Shown: in pieces, positions 15,516 to 26,284 of the stretch | How the letters are laid out: each line of letters starts with the position of its first letter | Numbering within the stretch: position 1 is the stretch's first letter | The notes under the pieces: model-generated | The model's input: only the letters and a program-made list of their open reading frames with translations | Database searches by the model: none | What the model was told of the DNA's origin: nothing | Source of the DNA: Thermovirgaceae bacterium | Lineage (GTDB): Bacteria > Synergistota > Synergistia > Synergistales > Thermovirgaceae | NCBI GenBank assembly: GCA_046542505.1 | Contig: JBKHBH010000019.1 | Coordinates: 1 to 29,629, forward strand | Direction: 5' to 3' | DNA: 29,629 bases | Program-made: the position numbers and the translations under genes

Positions 15516-15582
15516 CTTCGACACTCCTCCTGAGCATGCCTCCGGAACGGTCCAAATCGGCTTCCACCGACCGGAAGGCAAA

Positions 15583-15801
15583 CTATTTATATCTATACAC
15601 GATTCTTCCCCGTGTCAAGTCATAGGGAGAGATTTCCAGAAGCACCCTGTCGCCGGGAAGGATACGTATGAAATGCATCCTCATTTTCCCCGATACGTGG
15701 GCCAGTATCTTGTGACCGTTTTCAAGTTCGACACGGAACATCGCGTTCGGGAGAGGCTCGATGACCTTCCCCCTGACTTCGACTACATCATTTTTCGGCA
15801 T
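15583..15801 (-). CDS. infA: Translation initiation factor IF-1
   Basis: [34 protein letters not shown]. Confidence 0.98.
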   Translation of the reverse strand: MPKNDVVEVRGKVIEPLPNAMFRVELENGHKILAHVSGKMRMHFIRILPGDRVLLEISPYDLTRGRIVYRYK

Positions 15802-16102
15802 CCGGTCCCGTCACCTTTCCGGTTTCCGAAAAGCCCTTGCGGGCCTCCTCGAGAATGTTCCGGAGCCGTTCCTCGTTCATCCGCCTGTTCGCTTCAGCCA
15901 TCTCGGCGACCTCCTTTAAGACAATTCGGGTCGGCTGGACATGCAACGGATTCTTTCTCTTCGGCCTGTTCCATATCCGTCTTCCGCCGTCAACGAGAAA
16001 TACCCTTCGCCCGTCACCGGAAAATCCCGCAACAATATACCATTTCCCGGAGTCCTTGCCTTTTTTCGATATGACGACCTGGCCCGTTTGCAAAGAACCC
16101 AC
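15788..16102 (-). CDS. KOW-motif RNA-binding protein (L14e-like)
   Basis: [18 protein letters not shown]...PKRKN..H. Sits between map and infA as in Firmicutes. GTG start after GGGAG. Confidence 0.85.
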   Translation of the reverse strand: MGSLQTGQVVISKKGKDSGKWYIVAGFSGDGRRVFLVDGGRRIWNRPKRKNPLHVQPTRIVLKEVAEMAEANRRMNEERLRNILEEARKGFSETGKVTGPDAEK

Positions 16103-16108
16103 CGGGTG

Positions 16109-16879
16109 TCACTCCCATGGTGTCAGAATCTCGGGCTCTTCCCCGGTCACCAGTATGGATTTTTCGAAGTGCGCGGCATCCGAACGGTCACTGGTAACCA
16201 CCGTCCAGAGGTCTGGCAGCGTTTCCACTTCCTCTCCTCCGGACATGATCATCGGCTCGATGGCTATCGTCATTCCGGACTTGAGCGTCACACCCTGGCC
16301 GGGTTTCCCGAAATTTGGAATCTGCGGCGGCTCGTGAAGTCTTTTTCCGATGCCGTGGCCCGCATAGTTTCTTACGATCCCATATCCTTTCGGGGCGGCA
16401 AAGGACTCCACGGCATGCCCGATATCACCGATGGTATTCCCCGCTCTCGCGGCGGCGATCGCCCGTTCAAGGGACTCTCTCGTCACATCCAGAAGGTGGC
16501 TCCGCTTTTCGCTGATCCGCCCCACGGCATAAGTATAGGCAGCATCTCCAAAGTACCCTTCGTACAGTACTCCGACGTCGATACTAAGGATATCCCCTTC
16601 TTCGAGGACTTTCTCCCGGCTCGGAATCCCGTGAACGACCTCCTCGTTGATGGAAACACAGAGAGCTCCCGGGAAGGGGCGGGGGACACCGGGGACCTTG
16701 TATCCGAGGAACGCCGGTTTGGCCTTCGACTTTTTTATAAGTTCGCGGGCCTTTTCATCAAGGGCCAGCGTATCAACCCCGGGAGTCACCAGCTCCTTCA
16801 TGTACTCGAGGATATCGGTCACGATTTTTCCGGCCGCCCTCATGGCTGAAATATCCTTGCCTGTCTTGAGAGAAATCAT
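16109..16879 (-). CDS. map: Methionine aminopeptidase type I
   Basis: CVSINEEVVHGIP, GDILSIDVG, GHGIG..LHEPP, IAIEPM. Confidence 0.98.
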   Translation of the reverse strand: MISLKTGKDISAMRAAGKIVTDILEYMKELVTPGVDTLALDEKARELIKKSKAKPAFLGYKVPGVPRPFPGALCVSINEEVVHGIPSREKVLEEGDILSIDVGVLYEGYFGDAAYTYAVGRISEKRSHLLDVTRESLERAIAAARAGNTIGDIGHAVESFAAPKGYGIVRNYAGHGIGKRLHEPPQIPNFGKPGQGVTLKSGMTIAIEPMIMSGGEEVETLPDLWTVVTSDRSDAAHFEKSILVTGEEPEILTPWE

Positions 16880-17526
16880 TGTGTCCCCTTCACTGAACTG
16901 ATGATATCCGCCACCACTTCGGCGCTTTCACGGGAGGCGTCCACCTCGATAAGAAGCCCGTTTTTCCTGTAGTAGCCGATGAGAGGCGCCGTCTGCTCCT
17001 TGTAGACATCAAGACGGTTTCTGACGACCTCCTCCCTGTCGTCATCCCTCTGGTAGAGTTCGCCTCCGCACTTGTCACACCGGTCATCCTCGCCTCGTGG
17101 CTTCGAGCGGACATTATATATGGCTCCGCAGTTTCTGCATACCCTGCGTCCCGCCAGACGTCTGATGACCACTTCATCGGGAGCATCGAAGAGAACAACT
17201 CCGTCCAGGGCGATGCCCATCCGGGCAAGAAGCCCGTCGAGGGCCTCGGCCTGGGGAACCGTCCGGGGAAACCCGTCGAGGATAAAGCCCTTCTCACAGT
17301 CCTTTTCGGCAAGCCGTTTTTCCATCATCCCGATGATGACATCATCGGGCACAAGCTTGCCGGCATCCATATACTCCCGCGCCGCCTTCCCGAGGTCGGT
17401 TTGTTCCGCTACATTCTTTCTCAGGATATCCCCCGTCGAGATGTGGGCGATACCTTGCTCACGGCTTATGACTTCAGCCTGGGTTCCCTTTCCGGCCCCC
17501 GGAGGGCCGATAAATATGACTCGCAT
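16876..17526 (-). CDS. adk: Adenylate kinase with Zn-binding LID, 216 aa
   Basis: GPPGAGKGTQ, HISTGD, LDGFPRT, CRNC/CDKC. Confidence 0.98.
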   Translation of the reverse strand: MRVIFIGPPGAGKGTQAEVISREQGIAHISTGDILRKNVAEQTDLGKAAREYMDAGKLVPDDVIIGMMEKRLAEKDCEKGFILDGFPRTVPQAEALDGLLARMGIALDGVVLFDAPDEVVIRRLAGRRVCRNCGAIYNVRSKPRGEDDRCDKCGGELYQRDDDREEVVRNRLDVYKEQTAPLIGYYRKNGLLIEVDASRESAEVVADIISSVKGTQ

Positions 17527-17550
17527 ATCGCAACACCCCAAAATGGCTGG

Positions 17551-18846
17551 TTACATCTTTAACAGGCCGGCGGATTTCCCCTTGCCCCGCTTCAGGATAC
17601 CCTCGTAATGCCGCATCAGAAGCTGAGCCTCGATCTGGTGCACCGTATCAAGTGCAACGCCGACGACGATCAAAACAGCCGTTCCTCCGAAATAGAAGGT
17701 CGTAATTCCCATAAGCTGTGTCATCAGCGTCGGCAAAAGCGCCACTCCGGCCAGGAACACAGCGCCTCCAAGGGTGATTCTCGACATGACTTTTTCGATA
17801 TATTCCGCCGTGGGTTTCCCCGGCCTGATGCCAAGGATGAAGCCCCCGTACTTTTTCATATTGTTCGCCGTGTCGACGGGATCGAAAACCACCGCCGTGT
17901 AAAAATAGGCGAAAAAGATGATGAGCCCTACATAAAGAACCATGTAAACCGGACTTCCCGGTGAAAGCATGTTCTGTACCTGGGTCGCGAGATTGCCCGA
18001 CAAGAATCTCAGGATCGTGTAAGGAAAAAGAAGCACCGACGAGGCGAAGATGATCGGTATGACTCCCGCCTGGTTGACTTTCAGCGGGATAAAGGTGCTC
18101 TGTCCTCCATACATCTTGTTTCCGACAACCCGCTTCGCGTACTGCACGGGCAGACGCCTCTGCCCTTCCTGGAGAAGCACACATCCGGCCACGACGGCCA
18201 CCATGACGATCACTGCAAGAGCCAGGACAAGGAGGCTTATCTCTCCAAGGGTCAAAAGCTCCCAGGTCTTGATGATCGCCTCGGGGATACGGGCAACGAT
18301 GCCGGCGAATATCAGAAGGGAAATCCCGTTTCCGATTCCGTGATCGGAAATCTCCTCGCCGAGCCACATTACGACCAGCGATCCCGTCGTAATGGTGATG
18401 GCCACGGCGGCAAAGTCAAGCATCGAGCCTGTAAAGATCCCGAGATTGCGAAGCCAGAAGCTCATGCCTATCGACTGGACCCCGGCGAAAAACACCGTAC
18501 CAAGGCGGGTGTACTGGACAATCTTCTTCCGTCCCTGTTCCCCTTCTTTCTGCATCTTCTCAAGGGCGGGAAAAATAACGACCAGAAGCTGCATGACGAT
18601 ACTCGCGTTGATGTAGGGCGCCACACCAAGCGCGAAAACGCTGAAACGCCGAAGAGCGCCCCCTGCGAACAGATCCAGAAACCCGAGCACACCGCCCTGG
18701 TCAAAGAGCTGAGACATGGCCTCCGCATCGATCCCGGGCGTCGGGATGTGGGCACCCAACCGGTAAATAAAAAGCACCCCGACGGTAAACAGTATTCGTC
18801 TTTTCAGATCCGGCAGCCTGAATGCATCCCGAAAGGCATCTAACAC
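17551..18846 (-). CDS. secY: Preprotein translocase subunit SecY
   Basis: FALGVAPYINASIVMQLL, GIGNGISLLIF, GVIPIIFASS, GIRPG, GGTAVLIVVGV. Confidence 0.98.
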   Translation of the reverse strand: MLDAFRDAFRLPDLKRRILFTVGVLFIYRLGAHIPTPGIDAEAMSQLFDQGGVLGFLDLFAGGALRRFSVFALGVAPYINASIVMQLLVVIFPALEKMQKEGEQGRKKIVQYTRLGTVFFAGVQSIGMSFWLRNLGIFTGSMLDFAAVAITITTGSLVVMWLGEEISDHGIGNGISLLIFAGIVARIPEAIIKTWELLTLGEISLLVLALAVIVMVAVVAGCVLLQEGQRRLPVQYAKRVVGNKMYGGQSTFIPLKVNQAGVIPIIFASSVLLFPYTILRFLSGNLATQVQNMLSPGSPVYMVLYVGLIIFFAYFYTAVVFDPVDTANNMKKYGGFILGIRPGKPTAEYIEKVMSRITLGGAVFLAGVALLPTLMTQLMGITTFYFGGTAVLIVVGVALDTVHQIEAQLLMRHYEGILKRGKGKSAGLLKM

Positions 18847-19293
18847 CTAAACCACCTCGGTTTTTCCGCCCGCCGCCCTGATCTTTTCCGCGGCTTGCCC
18901 GCTGAATGCGTGGGCCCTGACGGTCAACGCCTTCGTCAGGTCTCCGTCAGCGAGAATCTTGACGGGCTCCCGCAACGTCCTGATCAGGCCCCGCTCAAAG
19001 AGATCCTTCGGCCCGATCTCCGTTCCTGCCTCAAAACAATTTTCCAGGGAGGATACATTGACGACCTGCCAGCTTTTCGCAAAGCGTGCGTTGTTGAACC
19101 CTCTCTTGGGGACTCTTCTGGCAAGGGGCATCTGGCCTCCTTCGAAACTAGGCCTGACTCCTCCGCCGCTTCTGGCCTTCTGTCCCTTGTGCCCTTTGCC
19201 GCTCGTCTTGCCGAGGCCGCTTCCCCTTCCCTGGCCAATGCGCTTTCTTTTTTTCGTCGATCCCTGTACAGGCCTGAGTTCATGAAGTTCCAT
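18847..19293 (-). CDS. rplO: 50S ribosomal protein L15
   Basis: [31 protein letters not shown]. Confidence 0.98.
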   Translation of the reverse strand: MELHELRPVQGSTKKRKRIGQGRGSGLGKTSGKGHKGQKARSGGGVRPSFEGGQMPLARRVPKRGFNNARFAKSWQVVNVSSLENCFEAGTEIGPKDLFERGLIRTLREPVKILADGDLTKALTVRAHAFSGQAAEKIRAAGGKTEVV

Positions 19294-19304
19294 GGCTGTC
19301 CCTC

Positions 19305-19490
19305 CTACTCCTCAATCTGTTCCCAATCGACAAGATGCGAAACAGCCCTGACCATTCCCAGGATCTGCGGAGTCTGTTCATGGACAACGCTCTGCCTGAT
19401 CCTGCGAAGCCCCAGTGCACGCACAGTTCCTTTCTGTCTTTCCGTTCGGCTCGCGGCACTGCGTTTGAGTGTGACCCGTACTTTTGCCAT
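19305..19490 (-). CDS. rpmD: 50S ribosomal protein L30, 61 aa
   Basis: [32 protein letters not shown]. Confidence 0.97.
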   Translation of the reverse strand: MAKVRVTLKRSAASRTERQKGTVRALGLRRIRQSVVHEQTPQILGMVRAVSHLVDWEQIEE

Positions 19491-19504
19491 AGCCTCCACG
19501 CCTC

Positions 19505-20017
19505 CTACGCCGACTGCTCGTCACGGCGGGATTTTCCCCTGAGGCGCATGACTTCTTCGGGGCTTCTCAGGGTCTTGACGGCCTGCATCGTCGCATAAGC
19601 CACGTTCACAGGGTTTGATGTCCGGCCGATAACTTTCGTCAGGACATCCTTGACGCCGCCGAGCTCCATGATGGCGCGGACAACGGCTCCGGCAATAACA
19701 CCCGTGCCCGGTGCGGCGGGCTTCAAAAGGACCTCGGCCGCTCCAAACCGTCCGATAATGTCATGAGGAATCGTCGATCCAACTTGCTTGAAGTCGACGA
19801 GATTCTTTTTCGCCTTGTCGATGCCTTTTCTCACGGCCTCGGAAATTTCCTTGGCCTTGCCTATTCCTACTCCAACCCGTTTTTCGCCGTCGCCGACGAC
19901 GACCAGCACGCTGAACTTGAAGCGCTTTCCGCCCTTTACAACCTTGCTGACCCTGTTTATGGAGACGACCCTTTCCATAAGCTCCGTCCCCTTGGCGTTT
20001 GACGTCATGCCTTTCAT
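19505..20017 (-). CDS. rpsE: 30S ribosomal protein S5
   Basis: [26 protein letters not shown]. Confidence 0.98.
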   Translation of the reverse strand: MKGMTSNAKGTELMERVVSINRVSKVVKGGKRFKFSVLVVVGDGEKRVGVGIGKAKEISEAVRKGIDKAKKNLVDFKQVGSTIPHDIIGRFGAAEVLLKPAAPGTGVIAGAVVRAIMELGGVKDVLTKVIGRTSNPVNVAYATMQAVKTLRSPEEVMRLRGKSRRDEQSA

Positions 20018-20030
20018 TCTCCAAGCCTCC

Positions 20031-20399
20031 TTACAGCTTCAGGCCGGCTTCGCGCGCGGCATCGGCGAGGGCTTTCACCTTGCCGTGATACATGTGCCCT
20101 CCACGGTCAAAAACCGCTGCGGTGATGCCCAGATCCTGCGCCCTCGCGGCGATACTTTTCCCTACAGCCTTTGCCGCTTCAATGTCACGTGTGCTTGAGA
20201 GGTTTTTTTTCAGTTCCGCCTCAGCCGTCGAAGCCGAAGCGAGGGTATGACCTCTCGTATCGTCGATCAGCTGCGCATACACGTGGTTCAGGCTCCTGAA
20301 GACTGCCAGTCTCGGTTTCTCCGGAGTCCCAAAGATCTTGCGGCGAAGGCGGCTGTGCCGTACAAGTCGCATTTCATTTCGTGAACGTTTTGTAATCAT
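20031..20399 (-). CDS. rplR: 50S ribosomal protein L18, 122 aa
   Basis: [39 protein letters not shown]. Confidence 0.98.
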   Translation of the reverse strand: MITKRSRNEMRLVRHSRLRRKIFGTPEKPRLAVFRSLNHVYAQLIDDTRGHTLASASTAEAELKKNLSSTRDIEAAKAVGKSIAARAQDLGITAAVFDRGGHMYHGKVKALADAAREAGLKL

Positions 20400-20418
20400 T
20401 GTCCTCCACCTCGCACTA

Positions 20419-20955
20419 TTAGGCCCCGGCTTTGCCGGCCTTCCGTATGACATATTCGTCAGCATACCTGATGCCCTTGCCCTTGTAGGGCTCCGGCGGC
20501 CTGAATCCGCGAATTACCGCAGCCGCCTGACCGACAGCCTGCTTGTCTATCCCCTTTACGGAAATCTTCGTCGGCCCGTCGGTTGTTATTTCGACACCTT
20601 CGGGAGGTTCATACTGAACAGGATTGGAGTACCCGAGATTCAAAACAAGGGTTTTCCCCTGCATCTGCGCTCTCCATCCCACTCCCACAATCTCGAGTTT
20701 TTTTTCGAATCCCTGGCTGACGCCGACGACAAGATTGTTGACCAGGGCCCTGGTCATGCCGTGAAAAGCCCTGGTTTTCTTGTCCTCACTGGTTCTCGTC
20801 ACAGACACCGCCTGCCCGTTTACATCAACTTTCACACCGGGGACAAGATCCATGGACAGTTCTCCCTTGGGGCCTTTCACCCGGACCTTGCCGGATTCCT
20901 CGGTCAACGTAACGCCGTCAGGCAGGGAAATGGGTTTTCTTCCGATTCTTGACAA
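20419..20955 (-). CDS. rplF: 50S ribosomal protein L6, 178 aa
   Basis: [30 protein letters not shown] start after GGGGGTG. Confidence 0.98.
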   Translation of the reverse strand: MSRIGRKPISLPDGVTLTEESGKVRVKGPKGELSMDLVPGVKVDVNGQAVSVTRTSEDKKTRAFHGMTRALVNNLVVGVSQGFEKKLEIVGVGWRAQMQGKTLVLNLGYSNPVQYEPPEGVEITTDGPTKISVKGIDKQAVGQAAAVIRGFRPPEPYKGKGIRYADEYVIRKAGKAGA

Positions 20956-20967
20956 ACCGCGCACCCC

Positions 20968-21372
20968 CTACCATACGTAGCAGATGACTTCTCCGCCGAG
21001 ACCCTGCTTGCGGGCCTCACTGTCAGTCATCATTCCCTGGGACGTCGAAATGATCGCCGTTCCAAGTCCTCGCAGCACTCGGGGCAATTCGTCCTTCCGG
21101 ACGTAAATCCTGCGCCCCGGCTTGCTGACTCTTCTCAGACCCTGTATGACCCTCTGTTTCTCAGGACCGTAATGGAGATACAGACGAAGGATCGGAAAGG
21201 GCTTCTTCGGATCGTTGATAACCCTGAAGTTCTTGACGTACCCTTCTTCCTTCAGAATCTTTGCAATTGCCAGTTTCGCCTTGCTCAAAGGCATCTCGAC
21301 GGTATCGTGGAAAACCATGTTCGCATTCCGGATGCGCGTGAGCATGTCCGCGATTGGATCTGTCACATACAT
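20968..21372 (-). CDS. rpsH: 30S ribosomal protein S8, 134 aa
   Basis: [32 protein letters not shown]. Confidence 0.98.
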   Translation of the reverse strand: MYVTDPIADMLTRIRNANMVFHDTVEMPLSKAKLAIAKILKEEGYVKNFRVINDPKKPFPILRLYLHYGPEKQRVIQGLRRVSKPGRRIYVRKDELPRVLRGLGTAIISTSQGMMTDSEARKQGLGGEVICYVW

Positions 21373-21401
21373 CGCTTTTGCCTCCTCCACCGCATCCCGC
21401 G

Positions 21402-21587
21402 CTACCAGCTGGACTTTACGACTCCAGGGATCTTGCCTTCCCTGGCCAGCTTGCGGAAACAACAACGGCACATATTGAACTTTCTCATGTACGAGTGAAC
21501 CCTGCCGCAAACCGGACACCTGTTGTAGGACCGGACGGCGAACTTTGGTTTCTGCTTTGCCTTGTGTGCCAACGCTTTCCGGGACAT
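21402..21587 (-). CDS. rpsZ: 30S ribosomal protein S14 type Z
   Basis: 61 aa with RCPVCGR...CRCCFR and GKIPGV.KSSW. Confidence 0.97.
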   Translation of the reverse strand: MSRKALAHKAKQKPKFAVRSYNRCPVCGRVHSYMRKFNMCRCCFRKLAREGKIPGVVKSSW

Positions 21588-21602
21588 ATATCCGAACCCT
21601 CC

Positions 21603-22145
21603 TTATCGGCTGAAGGGCATCCCGAGCTCCCTGAGGAGACTCATGGCTTCTTCGTCCGTCTTCGCCGTGGAAACAATACTCACGTTCATTCCACGGACCC
21701 TTGCAACCTTGTCATAATCTATTTCAGGAAAAATCAACTGTTCCCTGAGTCCAAGGTTGTAGTTCCCCCTGCCGTCAAAACCTTTGTGGGAAACACCCTG
21801 GAAGTCCTTGATCCTCGGAAGGGCCAGGGAGATCATCCTGTCAAGGAACTCCCACATCCTCGCACCCCTGAGAGTCACCGAACAACCAACGGGCATGCCC
21901 GCGCGGACCTTGAATCCCGCAACGGACTTTCGGGCCCTCTTGATCATGGGGTGCTGGCCCGTTATTGTCTCGATTTCCGAGACAGCCGCATCCATCATCT
22001 TATAATCCTGTTTCGCGTCGCCAACACCGGCGTTGACGACAACCTTGACGATCCGCGGTACCTCCATCACGTTCTTGTAACCGAATTCCTTCTGGAGGCG
22101 AGGAACGATTTCCTTTTGGAATTTTTCTGCCAAGCGCGGGACCAT
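21603..22145 (-). CDS. rplE: 50S ribosomal protein L5, 180 aa
   Basis: [30 protein letters not shown]. Confidence 0.98.
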   Translation of the reverse strand: MVPRLAEKFQKEIVPRLQKEFGYKNVMEVPRIVKVVVNAGVGDAKQDYKMMDAAVSEIETITGQHPMIKRARKSVAGFKVRAGMPVGCSVTLRGARMWEFLDRMISLALPRIKDFQGVSHKGFDGRGNYNLGLREQLIFPEIDYDKVARVRGMNVSIVSTAKTDEEAMSLLRELGMPFSR

Positions 22146-22162
22146 TCTCCTGTCGCCTCCTT

Positions 22163-22489
22163 CTATACCTTGTCGACGATCTCGCTGCATTTCTTGCAGA
22201 CGCGGACTTTCCGTCCGTCCTCCAGATAGGCTCTGGCGACTCTCGTCGCTTCACCACACAAGGGGCAAACCAGCATTACCTTGCTCGCGTAAATGGGCGC
22301 TTCCTGCTTAACGATTCCGGCCTGCGGATTCTTCGCGGAAGGCCTCATGTGCTTCGTAACCACGTTGACCCCTTCCACCACAACCATATCCCTCTCGGGA
22401 TTGCGGCGCAGGACCTTGCCTTCCTTCCCCTTGTCCTTGCCTGAAATGACACGCACTCTGTCTCCCTTTTTGATTCGCATCTTACTCAT
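22163..22489 (-). CDS. rplX: 50S ribosomal protein L24
   Basis: [29 protein letters not shown]. Confidence 0.98.
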   Translation of the reverse strand: MSKMRIKKGDRVRVISGKDKGKEGKVLRRNPERDMVVVEGVNVVTKHMRPSAKNPQAGIVKQEAPIYASKVMLVCPLCGEATRVARAYLEDGRKVRVCKKCSEIVDKV

Positions 22490-22504
22490 TCTTCCGCAGC
22501 CTCC

Positions 22505-22873
22505 CTAGACAACCTCCGGAGCGAGGGACACGATCCTCATGAATTTCTTTTCCCTCAGCTCTCTGGCTACGGGACCAAAAATGCGTGTCCCTTTCGGATC
22601 GCCGTTGTTGTCGAGCACAACGGCGGCATTTTCATCAAACCTGACGTAGGAGCCGTCTTTTCTCCGGATCTCCTTTTTTGTCCTGACAATAACTGCCTTC
22701 ACGACCTCGCCTTTCCCGACATTGCTGTTCGGGATAGCTTCCTTGACGGAAGCGACGATAACATCACCGACGGAAGCCCAGCGTCGACCGCTGCCTCCAA
22801 GGACCTGTATGCACATGATCTTTTTCGCGCCGGAATTATCGGCGACGCTCATGGTGGATCGAAGCTGGATCAT
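22505..22873 (-). CDS. rplN: 50S ribosomal protein L14
   Basis: [33 protein letters not shown]. Confidence 0.98.
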   Translation of the reverse strand: MIQLRSTMSVADNSGAKKIMCIQVLGGSGRRWASVGDVIVASVKEAIPNSNVGKGEVVKAVIVRTKKEIRRKDGSYVRFDENAAVVLDNNGDPKGTRIFGPVARELREKKFMRIVSLAPEVV

Positions 22874-22876
22874 GGG

Positions 22877-23161
22877 CTAGGCCTCCTTCTCAGCGGTGCC
22901 GCCGAGGACGGGGGCCCGCTCGATGATTTCGACGACCTTCCATCTCTTGTGACGGCTCAGGGGACGGGTCTCCTCGATGCGCACCCTGTCGCCTATCCGG
23001 CAGCTTTCCTCTTCGTCGTGGGCCATGTAATTCTTGCTGCGGAGGACGGGTTTCCCGTACAGCGGGTGCTCCGCCATCCGGTCAACCTTGACGACGACGG
23101 TTTTCTGCATCTTGTCGCTGACGATCGTCCCGACCCGCAACTTGCGCGTTCCTTCACTCAT
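22877..23161 (-). CDS. rpsQ: 30S ribosomal protein S17
   Basis: [26 protein letters not shown]. Confidence 0.98.
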   Translation of the reverse strand: MSEGTRKLRVGTIVSDKMQKTVVVKVDRMAEHPLYGKPVLRSKNYMAHDEEESCRIGDRVRIEETRPLSRHKRWKVVEIIERAPVLGGTAEKEA

Positions 23162-23175
23162 AGCCGCTACACCCC

Positions 23176-23388
23176 CTAGACCGACCGGTCAAGCCCGATC
23201 TCCTTTTCCCTCATGACCGTCAGCACACGGGCAATCGAACGCTTGACATCCTTGATCCGGTTCGTGTTGCCCAACTGACCGATGGCATGCTGGAAACGGA
23301 GGTTAAAAAGCTCTTCCTTGTATTGTTTGTGACGTTCCTGCAATTCGTCCAGCGAAAGTTCCCTCAGATCACTGGCTTTCATGGTCAT
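23176..23388 (-). CDS. rpmC: 50S ribosomal protein L29
   Basis: [10 protein letters not shown]...GQL, IARVLT. Confidence 0.97.
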   Translation of the reverse strand: MTMKASDLRELSLDELQERHKQYKEELFNLRFQHAIGQLGNTNRIKDVKRSIARVLTVMREKEIGLDRSV

Positions 23389-23807
23389 TCACCACCCATC
23401 CCTGCACGGGAGAGGAACCTGACCTTTACGGGCAGCTTGTGGGCCGCCGTACGGAAGGCCTGTTCCGCAACCTCACGGGAGACTCCGGCGATTTCGAACA
23501 TGACGCGACCCCGTTTCACGGGAGCAACCCAGTGGTCGGGAGCGCCTTTCCCTTTCCCCATCCTTGTTTCAAGAGGTTTCTTCGTAAAGGGCATATCGGG
23601 GAATATTCTGATCCAGATCTTCCCGCCCTTTCTCATCTTTCTGGAAATGGCAATACGTGCCGCCTCGATCTGACGTGCGGTGATCCAGGCACACTCCGTC
23701 GCCTGAAGTCCATACTCTCCGAAGGCAATGTATTTTCCGCCCTTGGCTACACCGTGCAGGGGTCTTCTCTGGGGTTTTCTGTATTTCACCCTTTTCGGCA
23801 TAAGCAT
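23385..23807 (-). CDS. rplP: 50S ribosomal protein L16
   Basis: [25 protein letters not shown]. Confidence 0.98.
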   Translation of the reverse strand: MLMPKRVKYRKPQRRPLHGVAKGGKYIAFGEYGLQATECAWITARQIEAARIAISRKMRKGGKIWIRIFPDMPFTKKPLETRMGKGKGAPDHWVAPVKRGRVMFEIAGVSREVAEQAFRTAAHKLPVKVRFLSRAGMGGE

Positions 23808-23812
23808 GGCGG

Positions 23813-24484
23813 CTACCTCCTCTCTTCCTGCTGCGCCTGGTCGGAGGCCTGATCACTGACTTCCACGATACCCCGGTTTATCCAGACCTTGACTCCTATG
23901 ACGCCGTACATGGTCTTGGCTTCCGTATACCCGTAATCGATGTCGTTTCTGAGCGTCGACAAGGGCAGTCGTCCCTCGAGGTACCACTCTGTCCGTGCGA
24001 TTTCGGCGCCACCGAGACGTCCGCTGCACTGGATCTTGATGCCCTCGGCTCCGGCTTTCATGGCCCGGAAAATAGCCTGTTTCATCGCCCTGCGGAAACT
24101 CACCCTCCGCTCAAGGGCGGACGCCACTCCTTCGGAAACGATTTGGGCATCCTTGTCAGGCATCTTGATCTCCTGCACGTTGATCATGATCTTGTGCCCG
24201 GTCATCTGCTGAAGTTCCTCGCGGACCGCCTGGATTTCCGATCCACCCTTGCCGATCACGACACCAGGCCGGGCGGTCCATACGGTGAACCTGATCACTT
24301 TTCCGATTCGTTCTATTTCAACCTTTGAAATGCCCGCGCGCGACCACCTCTTGATGATCCACTCACGAAGCTTCAGGTCGTCATGAAGTTTTTCCGCATA
24401 ATTCTTTCCGTCGGCAAACCACTTGGATTCCCAGTCTCTAACAACACCGAGTCTGAAACCGACGGGATGCACCTTTTGACCCAA
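23813..24484 (-). CDS. rpsC: 30S ribosomal protein S3
   Basis: [36 protein letters not shown] start. Confidence 0.98.
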   Translation of the reverse strand: MGQKVHPVGFRLGVVRDWESKWFADGKNYAEKLHDDLKLREWIIKRWSRAGISKVEIERIGKVIRFTVWTARPGVVIGKGGSEIQAVREELQQMTGHKIMINVQEIKMPDKDAQIVSEGVASALERRVSFRRAMKQAIFRAMKAGAEGIKIQCSGRLGGAEIARTEWYLEGRLPLSTLRNDIDYGYTEAKTMYGVIGVKVWINRGIVEVSDQASDQAQQEERR

Positions 24485-24497
24485 CTGTCACCCCTCC

Positions 24498-24830
24498 TTA
24501 CCGCTCAGTGACAACTACGGTGATATGGCTGGTCCGGTGCCGGTACCCGTGGACTCTCCCCATAGACACCGGTCGCCACCGCTTCATCGACGGACCCTGA
24601 TCTGCGAAAGCCTCGACAATGACGAGCCTGTCGACATCCATGCCGTAGTTGTGCTCGGCGTTGGCAATCGCACTTCTGAGGACCTTTTCAATGATCTTCG
24701 CTGCCTTTTTCGGCGTGTACCGGAGGGTCATGAGCGCCTGGTCGGCCCTTTTTCCCCGCACCAGCGCAAGCACCTGCCTGATTTTGAAAGGCGAGATGCG
24801 CACCTGCCGGACTGTTGCTCGAGCTTCCAT
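24498..24830 (-). CDS. rplV: 50S ribosomal protein L22
   Basis: RISP.K.R, SAIANAEHN, RTSHITVVV. Confidence 0.98.
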   Translation of the reverse strand: MEARATVRQVRISPFKIRQVLALVRGKRADQALMTLRYTPKKAAKIIEKVLRSAIANAEHNYGMDVDRLVIVEAFADQGPSMKRWRPVSMGRVHGYRHRTSHITVVVTER

Positions 24831-24842
24831 GACCTCTCCCTC

Positions 24843-25124
24843 CTACCTCACACGAGTGGAACGTTCCTGGCCGGCGTGGCCGCCGAACTTCCGCGTCGGG
24901 GCGAATTCCCCGAGCTTGTGTCCAACCATGTTTTCGCTGATATAGATCGGTATGTGGGTCCTGCCGTTATGGACCGCGATGGTGTGTCCGATCATGTCGG
25001 GCACTATCGTGGACCGGCGGGACCACGTCTTGATAACCCGTTTTTTCCCTTCAGCGTTCATCGCCTCGATTTTGCGAAGAAGCTTCTGGTCGACAAAGGG
25101 TCCCTTCTTTGTGGATCGAGCCAT
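24843..25124 (-). CDS. rpsS: 30S ribosomal protein S19
   Basis: [29 protein letters not shown]. Confidence 0.98.
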   Translation of the reverse strand: MARSTKKGPFVDQKLLRKIEAMNAEGKKRVIKTWSRRSTIVPDMIGHTIAVHNGRTHIPIYISENMVGHKLGEFAPTRKFGGHAGQERSTRVR

Positions 25125-25142
25125 AACCGTCCCTCCCTGCTC

Positions 25143-25970
25143 CTACTTCTGACGTCGACGCCGCACGATAAACTTGTCGGACGGCTTTCTTTTCCTGGTC
25201 CGGTAGCCCTTCGCAGGCGTCCCCCAGGGCGAGACGGGATGCTTGTTCGATTTGCTCCGTCCCTCTCCGCCGCCCATGGGATGATCAACGGGGTTCATGA
25301 CCATACCCCTGACGTGGGGGCGGCGGCCGAGCCATCTGCTGCGGCCGGCCTTGCCGGCGGTCACATTCTCATGGGTCACGTTCCCGAGCTGACCGATGGT
25401 CGCCATACACTCGAGCAGAATCAGGCGGAGCTCACCGCTCGGCATCCTCAGGTAGGCATACTTGCCCTCTTTCGCCATCAATTGGGCCGACGCTCCTGCT
25501 GCCCGTACAAGGACACCGCCCCTTCCAGGCTCAAGCTCGATGTTGTGCACAACGGTACCTACGGGCATGTCTTTGAGTTTCATTGCGTTGCCAGGCCTGA
25601 CATCGGCCTTCGAACCGGCCATTACGGTATCACCGACGGAAAGCCCCTGTGGTGCGAGAATGTATCGCTTTTCACCGTCCACGTAATGAATCAGGGCAAT
25701 CCTGGCGGAGCGGTTCGGATCATATTCTATGGCCGCCACCTTGCCTGGAACTTCGAATTTGTCACGTTTAAAGTCGATGATCCTGTAACGTCTCTTTGAC
25801 CCGCCGCCCCGATGCCGCATAGTGATCCGGCCGAGGTTGTTCCGGCCGCCCTTCCTTTGAATAGTCTCCACAAGCGACTTTTCGGGTTCCTTTTTCGTAA
25901 TCTCCTCATATGTGGCGCCGGTCATGAATCTTCTGCCGGCGGTTGTCGGTTTGTATTTTTTGATACCCAC
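25143..25970 (-). CDS. rplB: 50S ribosomal protein L2
   Basis: [36 protein letters not shown] start. Confidence 0.98.
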   Translation of the reverse strand: MGIKKYKPTTAGRRFMTGATYEEITKKEPEKSLVETIQRKGGRNNLGRITMRHRGGGSKRRYRIIDFKRDKFEVPGKVAAIEYDPNRSARIALIHYVDGEKRYILAPQGLSVGDTVMAGSKADVRPGNAMKLKDMPVGTVVHNIELEPGRGGVLVRAAGASAQLMAKEGKYAYLRMPSGELRLILLECMATIGQLGNVTHENVTAGKAGRSRWLGRRPHVRGMVMNPVDHPMGGGEGRSKSNKHPVSPWGTPAKGYRTRKRKPSDKFIVRRRRQK

Positions 25971-25987
25971 TCTTCAGTCCTCCCCGG

Positions 25988-26284
25988 CTATATGTTTGCG
26001 CCCTCGAAGAACTCGATCCGTTCGCCGGGTTCCAGGGTCACAACTGCCTTTTTCCACGACCGGGACCGCCCGAGGAAGATCCCCATCCTTTTCGGCTTGG
26101 AGCGGACGGCCATGGTATGAACCGACCGGACCTTGACCTTGAAAATCTCGCTCACGGCCTTTTTGATCTGGACCTTGTTCGCTTTCGGATGTACCTCGAA
26201 GGTGTACTGGTTTTCCCCCATCAGGCGACTGCTCTTCTCGGTAATGACGGGCCGTACGATGATATCATGGGCCATTTTGTTCAT
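25988..26284 (-). CDS. rplW: 50S ribosomal protein L23
   Basis: PVITEKS, YTFEV, WKKAVVTL. Confidence 0.98.
   Translation of the reverse strand: MNKMAHDIIVRPVITEKSSRLMGENQYTFEVHPKANKVQIKKAVSEIFKVKVRSVHTMAVRSKPKRMGIFLGRSRSWKKAVVTLEPGERIEFFEGANI

Noticed and set aside
24525..25799. 424-aa plus-strand ORF antisense to rplV-rpsS-rplB
   Set aside because: Shadow ORF. The three genes share a frame and avoid codons whose complements are stops.
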